Below, in pieces: positions 56,989 to 64,000 of a DNA stretch of 64,000 bases; positions within the stretch are counted from its first letter, which is position 1; every line of letters begins with the position of its first letter. The position numbers were made by a program, and so were the translations under genes. The notes beneath the pieces were generated by a model, which saw nothing but the letters and a program-made list of their open reading frames with translations, was not told the origin of the DNA and searched no databases. The DNA comes from Myxococcota bacterium (GTDB lineage Bacteria; Myxococcota_A; UBA9160; SZUA-336). Location: contig CBDFGR010000003.1 in NCBI GenBank assembly GCA_965247115.1, positions 512,001 through 576,000 on the forward strand, read 5' to 3'.

Positions 56989-58350
56989 TCAGCCCGTTGC
57001 GTCGATCAGGCGGAGGACCTGCTCGCGTCGCGCCACCATCTCGGGCCTGGTCGGGGCTTCCAGATTCAGGCGCAGCAACGGCTCTGTGTTCGATGGCCGC
57101 AGATTGAACCACCAGTCAGCGAATGTCAGCGTCAGGCCATCGAGCTCGTCGACCTCGGCGTCGGGATAGGCGTCTCGTACACGAGACAGTGTCGTCTTGA
57201 CATCGGCGACCGTCCGGTTGATCTCGCCGCTCTGTACGTAGCTGCGATACGGCTGCCACAGGCGTGAGAGGGGAAGCCCGCGCAATTCGATGGCCTGGAG
57301 CAGCAACAGGAGCGCGGCGGTCGCGTCGTCCGCGACGTAGCCGGCGGGAAAGCGGAAATAATAGTGCCCCGACAGCTCGCCTCCGAAGCATGCTCCGGAA
57401 TCGCGCATGGACTGCTTCATGAACGCGTGCCCCACGCGGCTTCTCACGGGCTCTGCTCCGCGCGCGCGAATGGTCTCGGCAACGACACGGCTCGAGCGCA
57501 GGTCGTGGACGAGCGTGGCTCCGGCTGCAGATCCGAGCAGACCACGCTCGAGCACCACGTCTGCCAGGAACGCGGTCATCAGATCCGCCGCAATGGGCTC
57601 GCCCAGCTCGTCGACGAACACGGCGCGGTCGCCATCGCCGTCGAAGGCAAGGCCGAGGTCCGCCCCCCCGTCGAGAACTGCACGCTGCAGGTCGCGGAGA
57701 TTCTCCGGCTTGAGCGGGTCCGCCTCATGGTTGGGAAAAGTCCCGTCCGGCTCGAAGTAGAGCCGGGTCGTGCGCAGTGGAAGACGCTCTAGCAGGCCGG
57801 AGACGGCCTCTCCTGCGATGCCGTTCCCCGCGTCGACAACCAGGTGGACGGGTGGGCAGGCGGGGAAGAGCGCCAGGAGGCTGTCGAAGTAGGGCTGCGA
57901 GACGTCTCGCTTCGACTCGTCCGCCCGAGGAGGTCCCGGCTCCTCGCTCTCGAGCGCGAAGGCCAGGTCGCGGATCTCGTTCAGACCGGACTCGAGGCCA
58001 ACGGGGCAGGCACTAGCGGCGCAGACCTTGAGCCCGTTGTAGTCAGCTGGATTGTGCGACGCGGTGACCATGACGCCGCCGGCCGCTGCCGTCAGCGTCG
58101 TGGCGAAGTAGAGCATGGGGGTCGCCACGCGACCGATGTCGATCACAGCCATCCCTTCGGAGCGCAGTCCCGCGACGAGGGCTGCGCGCAGCGCCACGCC
58201 GCTCTCGCGCATGTCGCGACCGACGATGACAGAGCCCTGGGAACCGAGGTAGCGCGCGATCGCGCGGCCGATCGCCTCCGCGCCGCCAGCGTCGAGCTCC
58301 TCGGGAACCAGACCGCGGACGTCGTACGCCTTGAAGATCTCCGGCCGCAT
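56989..58350 (-). CDS. Phosphomannomutase/phosphoglucomutase
   Basis: FKAYDVRG, TASHNP.DYNG.K, DGTFPNH, FDGDGDR, GELSGH, RPSNTEP. Confidence 0.95.
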   Translation of the reverse strand: MRPEIFKAYDVRGLVPEELDAGGAEAIGRAIARYLGSQGSVIVGRDMRESGVALRAALVAGLRSEGMAVIDIGRVATPMLYFATTLTAAAGGVMVTASHNPADYNGLKVCAASACPVGLESGLNEIRDLAFALESEEPGPPRADESKRDVSQPYFDSLLALFPACPPVHLVVDAGNGIAGEAVSGLLERLPLRTTRLYFEPDGTFPNHEADPLKPENLRDLQRAVLDGGADLGLAFDGDGDRAVFVDELGEPIAADLMTAFLADVVLERGLLGSAAGATLVHDLRSSRVVAETIRARGAEPVRSRVGHAFMKQSMRDSGACFGGELSGHYYFRFPAGYVADDATAALLLLLQAIELRGLPLSRLWQPYRSYVQSGEINRTVADVKTTLSRVRDAYPDAEVDELDGLTLTFADWWFNLRPSNTEPLLRLNLEAPTRPEMVARREQVLRLIDATG

Positions 58351-58377
58351 CGCGACACACTGTCCCCGCTGCGCGCG

Positions 58378-58406
58378 TTGACTTCAACCCGGTCGTGGCC
58401 GATTCT
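58378..58406 (+). promoter_or_regulatory. Putative sigma70 promoter of leaderless tatA
   Basis: TTGACT-N17-GATTCT-N6-ATG(58413). Confidence 0.5.
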
Positions 58407-58412
58407 GGCTGC

Positions 58413-58613
58413 ATGTTCGGACTCGGCATGGGAGAGCTCTTCATCATTCTCGTGATCGTCCTGGTAATCTTCGGGGCGACACGCCTTCCGATGATCGGCA
58501 AGGGCCTCGGCGAGGGCATCCGCAACTTCCGCGTCGCCACCAAGACGCCTCCCGAAATCGACGTCACCCCGTCGAAGGAAGAAGAGCCCTCCGAGGACCG
58601 CCGCGAGGAGTAA
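58413..58613 (+). CDS. tatA: Twin-arginine translocase TatA/E
   Basis: MFGLGMGELFIILVIVLVIFGATRLP.IGKGLGEGIRNF. Confidence 0.93.
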   Translation: MFGLGMGELFIILVIVLVIFGATRLPMIGKGLGEGIRNFRVATKTPPEIDVTPSKEEEPSEDRREE

Positions 58614-58620
58614 GTCTTGT

Positions 58621-58846
58621 CTTGTGGGACCCAGGGCGCGGGCGGCCGCGCCCTTCCTTGTGCGGCCCGGGGCGCGGGCGGCCGCGCCCTGCCCACCTCC
58701 GCTCAGGCCAGGGGCCTTCGCTGCGCGCGCCGCGGCGGCGCTTGCTGGGTGCCTGTCCGGTTCGGCCCAGGGGCGCGGGCGGCCGCGCCCTGCCCACCTC
58801 CGCTTAGGCCAGGGGTCTTCGCTGCGCGCGCGGCGCTTGCTGGGTG
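58621..58846. repeat. Cluster of family A repeats (one partial, two near-complete, opposite orientation to the 8.9 kb copy)
   Basis: CTTGTGGGACCC-AGGGCGCGG-GCGG-CCGCGCCCT; units near 58621, 58657 and 58763. Confidence 0.88.
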
Positions 58847-58851
58847 CGGGG

Positions 58852-60093
58852 TTAGTAGTGGGTTGGGGGGCGGGGGAGGAGTTCTAGGCGGAATCTGCGG
58901 GCGTCTTCTGGGGGGGTGGCGACCAGGACGGTGAAGCCGTGGACCGATGAGGGGGGGCGGGCGCGGGTCCACTCGGCATAGTCGACAAGCTGATCGCTGA
59001 GAGAGTCTGGTGTGAGCTCGCTGTCCTTCAGCCTGACGAGGACTGCGGAGGTTGGATCGCTCAGTCCCCTGCCGGAACGATCAAGGAGCGTGGCCTGCAC
59101 GTCCGGCGCAGGCTCGCGCCCGCTCTTGTACAGTTTTCCGCGGATCACGATGACGGGCTGACCTGTCGCGTCGTGCAGACGGTGAACCTGGAGCTCGGTG
59201 GCCTGCCACCCGTTCGCGTCGACCGCTGCGGGGCCCCCGACCTCGCCCATACCGTGAAGAGCCACCGCTCGCACACCTCCGGCGGACAGCGCAATCGCGA
59301 CGACGATCGCCAGCACGCGCAGCGTGAAGCTCTCGAGATCCGGGCCGCGCGGCGTGACCTCGCCGTGTGCCGGGGTACCGCGCGAGCGCTTGGGAATGAT
59401 GCTCGAGATGTCCGTTGTGGCGCTTACCGGTGCGTCGGCGCTTCCGACCGGAGACAATCCCGACACCTTCCCCGAAGCCAGCGTGTCCCAGCTCTCGAGC
59501 CCGTCTCCATCATCGTCCAGCTCCGGAAGTGACGGGCCAGCGCCGCCGAGATCATCGCTCGGCCCTTCGCCGAACTCGTCATCGCCCTCGCCGATCCCGG
59601 CAAAAGACTGCTCATCGGGGCCAGCGTTATCCGCGACCGCCTCACTGGGCGAGGGCGCGATCGCCGCAACGGGCGATGGCTCGTCAGGCGCGGGCTCGTT
59701 AGGCGCGGGCTCGTCAGGCGCGGGGCTCTCCTCCGGCTCGTCGGGGTGATCCTGCCAGCCTGTCTGCCCGTAGTCCTGTCCGGGCATCGGAGTCTCGCTG
59801 CCCTCAATCTCCATCGCGGCGGCGTCGTCAGCGTCACCACCCTCGGATGACTCCTCCTCCCGATCGAAGAGGAACTGAGGGTTGTCGAGGTCCGTCTCGG
59901 TGCTCGCTCCCCGCTCATCCATCTCGGGCGGGACGCTATCCTGCTCTTCTGGCTCGGCCGAGGTCTCGTCGACGGAGGGCGTGACAAGGAAGCGGTGATG
60001 GCAGCGAGAGCAGCGAACCCAAGCGCCTTTCTCGGGAATCCGCCCGTCCGCCACTTGAAAACGGGTCTCGCAGCTAGCACACGTGATTACCAT
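58852..60093 (-). CDS. MJ0042-type zinc-ribbon protein with acidic linker, TM helix and DUF3426-like C-terminus
   Basis: CASC..RF....IPEKG..VRCSRC..F; long acidic Pro-rich linker; single TM. Confidence 0.8.
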   Translation of the reverse strand: MVITCASCETRFQVADGRIPEKGAWVRCSRCHHRFLVTPSVDETSAEPEEQDSVPPEMDERGASTETDLDNPQFLFDREEESSEGGDADDAAAMEIEGSETPMPGQDYGQTGWQDHPDEPEESPAPDEPAPNEPAPDEPSPVAAIAPSPSEAVADNAGPDEQSFAGIGEGDDEFGEGPSDDLGGAGPSLPELDDDGDGLESWDTLASGKVSGLSPVGSADAPVSATTDISSIIPKRSRGTPAHGEVTPRGPDLESFTLRVLAIVVAIALSAGGVRAVALHGMGEVGGPAAVDANGWQATELQVHRLHDATGQPVIVIRGKLYKSGREPAPDVQATLLDRSGRGLSDPTSAVLVRLKDSELTPDSLSDQLVDYAEWTRARPPSSVHGFTVLVATPPEDARRFRLELLPRPPTHY

Positions 60094-60182
60094 CGCCGGG
60101 ATCTTCCTCGTCGAGTCGAGACGGAACCACTCGTCTCCACCATTCGCCTCGGCGCCGAGAGTCCGCCGCTTGAGAGCGCAGG

Positions 60183-61169
60183 ATGAACCCAGCCCTCCAC
60201 AGACTCACCCGGCGCCGGCTCCTGATGGTCATGGGCAAAGGCGGCACCGGGAAGACCAGCCTCGCAGCCGCCCTGGGTGTTCTCGCCGCGCGGCACAGCG
60301 TCGAGACAGTGGTGATCGAGGTCGCCTCTCTGGCTGCGCTCCCGGCCCTGCTCTCCGGAGACGTCCCGACTCCGCGCGAGTCCCGCAGTCCCTTCGAGGT
60401 GGCCCCGCACCTGTCCACCCTGCGCGTGATCCCGAAGCTGGCGCTGGAGGAGTACCTCGAGCGGCAGCTTCCAGTCGGGCGGCTGGCGGGCGCAATCGTC
60501 CGCAACGCGGGCTTCCAACGCTTTCTGGATGCGGCACCAGGTTGGCGCGAGCTGATCACGCTGGGAAAGATCTGGCACCTCGAGCGCCAGCTGCAGGGCG
60601 GCCAGCCCCGGTACGACCTGATCGTGGTCGATGCGCCCGCAACCGGCCACGGCCTGTCCCTTCTGTCTGTCCCAGGGGTCGTGCTGGACAGCGTGCGACT
60701 CGGGCCCCTGCACAGACATACGGACGCGGTCTGGAGCCTGCTGCGTGATCCGGAGAAGACCATGGTCCTGCCGGTCAGCCTGCCCGAGGAGCTCCCCGTA
60801 AGGGAGACCCTCGAGCTATGCGCGAGGGTTCGGCAACTCGGGCTGCGTGCAGGAACGCCGATCGTCAACTGCGTCGAGACGCCCCCCGCGCTCGCGGATC
60901 CCGATTCCCTACTGGACGCGATCGCCGAGCTCGAGCGGAATAGCGCGCCCTCGCCGCTGGCCCAGCCCGCCGCGCTCGGCGCGTCGCTTCGCCAGCAGGT
61001 CGGGCGTGCGCGCATGCAGCGCGAGTACATCGGCAAGCTCCAGGCAGGCTGCGACGCAACGCCGCTGGAGCTCCCCTACCTGGTAGAGGGCGTTCAGGGT
61101 CCGGACGCGGTGGAGCTCCTGGCCGATGCGCTAGAAGCCGCGCTCGCGCAATCTGGAGACCCCGAGTGA
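60183..61169 (+). CDS. ArsA/Get3-family ATPase, subunit 1
   Basis: GKGGTGKTS, AAPGWREL..LGK, VVDAPATGH, LPEELPVRET. Confidence 0.88.
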   Translation: MNPALHRLTRRRLLMVMGKGGTGKTSLAAALGVLAARHSVETVVIEVASLAALPALLSGDVPTPRESRSPFEVAPHLSTLRVIPKLALEEYLERQLPVGRLAGAIVRNAGFQRFLDAAPGWRELITLGKIWHLERQLQGGQPRYDLIVVDAPATGHGLSLLSVPGVVLDSVRLGPLHRHTDAVWSLLRDPEKTMVLPVSLPEELPVRETLELCARVRQLGLRAGTPIVNCVETPPALADPDSLLDAIAELERNSAPSPLAQPAALGASLRQQVGRARMQREYIGKLQAGCDATPLELPYLVEGVQGPDAVELLADALEAALAQSGDPE

Positions 61170-62344
61170 GGCCCGACGCGTGGCTCGACCTCCGGGTCCT
61201 GGTGACCGTCGGCACGGGCGGGGTGGGGAAGACAACGGTCAGCGCCGCCATCGGGCTCGAGGCTGCACGCCGCGGCAAAAGAACTCTGGTCATGACGATC
61301 GATCCCGCCCGCCGCCTGGCAGATGCTCTGGGTGTGGATGGGCTCGGCCACGAGCCCCGGCGGCTACCTCACTTGCAGCCTGGTGAGCGCGAAGGCGCTG
61401 GGGCCGGGTCGCTGGACGCGATGATGCTCGACACGAAGCGGACCTTCGACGAGCTGGTCACACGCCTCTCCCCGGATAAGGAGTCTCGCGAGCGGATCTT
61501 CGCCAACCCGATCTACCGCAACCTGACGGACGCTCTCGCGGGCAGTCGTGAGTACTCGGCGATGGCGAAGCTACACCAGCTTCACCGCGACGCCGCCTAC
61601 GATCTGATCATCGTCGATACGCCGCCGGCGAGTCACGCGCTCGACTTCCTCGACACCCCACGCAGGCTCAGCAGCTTTCTCGACAGTGGTTTTCTGAAAG
61701 TCCTTCTTCACCCCGCCGCCGCAGTCGGGCGAACCGGCTTCCGCTTGTTTCGCGTCGGCTCTGAGCTCGTGCTCCGAGCCCTCGAGCGCATCAGCGGGAT
61801 CGAATTCCTTTCCACGATGTCGGAATTCCTCGTGGCGTTCGAGGCGATGCTCGAGGGCTTCATGAAGCAGGGCCAGGAGGTCGAACGTCTGCTGCGAGAT
61901 CCCGCGTGTGGCTTCGTTCTGGTAGTTGGACCGGACGCGGAGCAGGCCCGGCGAGCTCACTCGTTCTGGCAGCGGCTCGAAGCCGAGCGGCTGCGGATGG
62001 CAGGAGTGGTCTTGAACCGCGTACACGTCTGGTCGGAGGGCGCAGCGCCACCGCCCCAGGAGAAAGCAGAGCGACTGCAAGCGGTCGAGTGGGTACGCAA
62101 GGAGCTCGCGGAGCGAGGGTACGAGCCCGGTTGCGGCGATGTCGCGGAAGCCCTGATCGCGACTTCGGAGCGACAGGCAGCGCTGGCTCGACGGGACGCC
62201 GCGGTGCTCCGGGTACTCGAAGAGGCGCTCCCGCTGGAGCGCGCAGAGGTGCGCTTGATCCCGCTCTTCGCCGAGGACGTCCACACCCTCGATACCCTGG
62301 AATGGATGGGAGAGAGAATTTTCAGCGAGGCTGGCGATGCCTGA
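61166..62344 (+). CDS. ArsA/Get3-family ATPase, subunit 2
   Basis: GTGGVGKTT, TIDPARRLADALG, MLDTKRTFD, EYSAM.KL, VDTPP..HALDFL. Confidence 0.9.
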   Translation: MRPDAWLDLRVLVTVGTGGVGKTTVSAAIGLEAARRGKRTLVMTIDPARRLADALGVDGLGHEPRRLPHLQPGEREGAGAGSLDAMMLDTKRTFDELVTRLSPDKESRERIFANPIYRNLTDALAGSREYSAMAKLHQLHRDAAYDLIIVDTPPASHALDFLDTPRRLSSFLDSGFLKVLLHPAAAVGRTGFRLFRVGSELVLRALERISGIEFLSTMSEFLVAFEAMLEGFMKQGQEVERLLRDPACGFVLVVGPDAEQARRAHSFWQRLEAERLRMAGVVLNRVHVWSEGAAPPPQEKAERLQAVEWVRKELAERGYEPGCGDVAEALIATSERQAALARRDAAVLRVLEEALPLERAEVRLIPLFAEDVHTLDTLEWMGERIFSEAGDA

Positions 62345-62684
62345 ACACCCCCCGCTGCTGCTCGAGCTGGCACGCGCAGTCGACGAGCTGCTCCAGGCCG
62401 CTGCGCGCGCCAGCTCGGACCTGCGCGGCCGGGCGAAGACCGGCGCAGGGCCCTACGGCTCGACCCGACTGGCCGAGCTTCTCGCCCGTACGCTCGACCA
62501 GGTGGAGGGGCCGGCCCTCGCCTCGCTGCGCCGCGGACTGCGCCAGGAGCAGCAGCGCTGGGCCGCACGCGCCGCCCGCGATCCGAGCGCAGCACGCGTT
62601 CGCGATGTGATCGCAGCTGTGCTTACGGTGCTGGAGCCCGACCCGAGTGGACCGTGCGAAGCCCGTGGACGCAGGACGCCTTGA
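62337..62684 (+). CDS. Hypothetical helical protein
   Basis: GAGG SD, 8-nt overlap with the ArsA gene, 115 aa helical. Confidence 0.55.
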   Translation: MPEHPPLLLELARAVDELLQAAARASSDLRGRAKTGAGPYGSTRLAELLARTLDQVEGPALASLRRGLRQEQQRWAARAARDPSAARVRDVIAAVLTVLEPDPSGPCEARGRRTP

Positions 62685-62726
62685 ACGTTTGACGGGCTGC
62701 GTCCGCGGGTGGATACTCGCAAGCCG

Positions 62727-63248
62727 ATGGCGGTACTGATCAAACGCTACGCGAATCGCAAGCTCTACAACACTGAGTCCAGCCGTTACATCACTCTCAA
62801 AGGCGTCTCTGAGCTCGTGCGTGAGGGCAAGGACATTCACGTCATCGACAACGAGTCGGGCGAAGAGATCACCCCAATCATCCTGTCGCAGATTCTCGTC
62901 GACGATCAGAAGCAGAACCGAGACAACACCGCGCTACCGGGTACGGTGCTCACGGAGCTGATCCAGCGCAGCGGCGACGCGCTCTACACCCTGTTCCGTC
63001 GTTCGATGACCGACGTGCAGGACAACATCACCGACGCGCGCCAGAACGTTCGGCGCTGGATGAACACGGACGAAGGCGAGTCCGCGATAGACGTATCCGA
63101 GATCTCTACGGCAGTTCACGAAGCCGTCGAGCGCGTTCTGCGCGTCATCGACCTCCCAACACGCGCGGACCTGGAGGCGTTGAACAAGAACCTCGAGCGC
63201 CTTACGGCCGCACTCGAGTCCTTCGATGCCCGCCTCGACTCTGACTAG
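62727..63248 (+). CDS. PhaR-like PHA synthesis regulator (DNA-binding domain) with phasin-like C-terminus
   Basis: IKRYANRKLYNTESSRYITL..V..LV..G....VID..SGEEIT..IL.QI; C-term LPTRADLEAL...LERL. Confidence 0.88.
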   Translation: MAVLIKRYANRKLYNTESSRYITLKGVSELVREGKDIHVIDNESGEEITPIILSQILVDDQKQNRDNTALPGTVLTELIQRSGDALYTLFRRSMTDVQDNITDARQNVRRWMNTDEGESAIDVSEISTAVHEAVERVLRVIDLPTRADLEALNKNLERLTAALESFDARLDSD

Positions 63249-63260
63249 GTCTCGCTGAGT

Positions 63261-63436
63261 CTTGTGGGACCCGGCCGCGGGCGGCCGCGGCCACCCACCT
63301 ACGCTCGCCTACGGCTCGCTGCGCGCACCGCGTTCCGCGGCGCTTGCCTTGTGGGACCCGGCGCGCGAGCGGTCGCGCGCCACCCACCTACGCTCGCCTA
63401 CGGCTCGCTGCGCGCGCCGCGTTCCGCGGCGCTTGC
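63261..63436. repeat. Two tandem family A repeats
   Basis: Units 63261-63347 and 63348-63436, each CTTGTGGGACCC...GCGGCGCTTGC. Confidence 0.92.
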
Positions 63437-63476
63437 GGGGTGCCCTGACGCGGGATGGGGTGCCCTGACGCGGGAT
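63437..63476. repeat. Perfect 20-bp tandem duplication
   Basis: GGGGTGCCCTGACGCGGGAT twice, abutting the family A pair. Confidence 0.9.
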
Positions 63477-63519
63477 CGGGTGACGGTCGCTTCTGACGGT
63501 CGCTCTCTAGCAGGGGGTG

Positions 63520-64000
63520 CTAGCGGTCGGTTGCTAGTAGGGATTGGATGGTGGTGCGGACTTGTTCGCGGACTCGGTTTATGTAGAGGGGGTCGTCTGA
63601 GCGCTCGGGGGCGATGTTGTCGAAGGGGATGGGGGTGCCGAAGCGGATGCGCCACTGGCTGGGGAGGGGGACGAGGCCGAGTGGGCCCAGCATTGGGAAG
63701 GTTGGCGTCAGCGGGAGGGGGAAGCCGAGCAGCTGACGCGTGAGCGATGGAACCGCGAGTACGGGGTGGACCTCCTCCGCGCCCGTCACGCCCACCGGGA
63801 CCAACGCGGCTCGCCTACGTACCGCGAGCGAGACGAACTCGCCCCGACCGAAGCGCTGCAGCTTGTAGCGCTCGTGGTAAGGCTTGAGGGCGCCCCGTTG
63901 CCCCTCCGGAAAGGCCACGACCGAGTGGCCGCTCGCAAGCAGGCGGTCCGCGTTCTCTCGACAAGCGCGCACTCCACCGAGGCGGGCCAGGAGCGGCTGG
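63520..64000 (-). CDS. Lysophospholipid acyltransferase family protein, C-terminal part (5' end outside window)
   Basis: VAFPEG, RYKLQRFGRG.FV, LVPVGVTGAEE, GLVPLPS.WRIRFG.PI. Confidence 0.85.
   Translation of the reverse strand, partial: QPLLARLGGVRACRENADRLLASGHSVVAFPEGQRGALKPYHERYKLQRFGRGEFVSLAVRRRAALVPVGVTGAEEVHPVLAVPSLTRQLLGFPLPLTPTFPMLGPLGLVPLPSQWRIRFGTPIPFDNIAPERSDDPLYINRVREQVRTTIQSLLATDR

Noticed and set aside
59677..59725. 15-bp tandem repeats
   Set aside because: They encode the PDEPA/PNEPA low-complexity linker in the zinc-ribbon protein
60183..62344. Arsenic resistance operon
   Set aside because: No arsB/acr3/arsC/arsR/arsD nearby and no evident metalloid-binding Cys motif

Overview
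A GC-rich bacterial chromosomal segment with about 60 tightly packed genes. Gene content (zinc-ribbon/AgmX-like protein, PhaR-like protein, ArsA pair, many CoA enzymes) suggests a Myxococcota/Binatota-like deltaproteobacterium; this is inference only. Blocks: K+ channel/site-2 protease; cbpA-cbpM; a GrdB/PrdB-family selenoprotein split by the ORF track at an in-frame UGA (UxxC motif plus SECIS-like hairpin) and coupled to an acyl-CoA dehydrogenase; an orphan FliA/WhiG sigma factor behind a sigma54-type promoter; ettA; a large CoA-dependent catabolic region (16-31 kb); GGT; a Y1/HUH (RAYT-like) transposase next to a DUF2779 nuclease-like gene; a degenerate YchF; an MltD-like transglycosylase; a long minus-strand run (ppx, 2-phosphoglycerate kinase-like, M48, AAA+/vWA, sppA, trmB, rlmN, phosphatase, ACAD); a ParA-CBM48 fusion with a degenerate MinD/FlhG-like partner; PMM/PGM; tatA; and an asymmetric ArsA/Get3 pair with a PhaR-like gene. 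Intergenic DNA holds three palindromic repeat families, one a ~90-nt triple hairpin with compensatory substitutions in about 8 copies. Several genes look leaderless. No rRNA, tRNA or CRISPR array was seen. The best candidates for undescribed biology are the ParA-glycogen-binding module, the selenoprotein-ACAD unit and the structured repeat/HUH system. All family calls are from motif recognition by eye; no searches were run.
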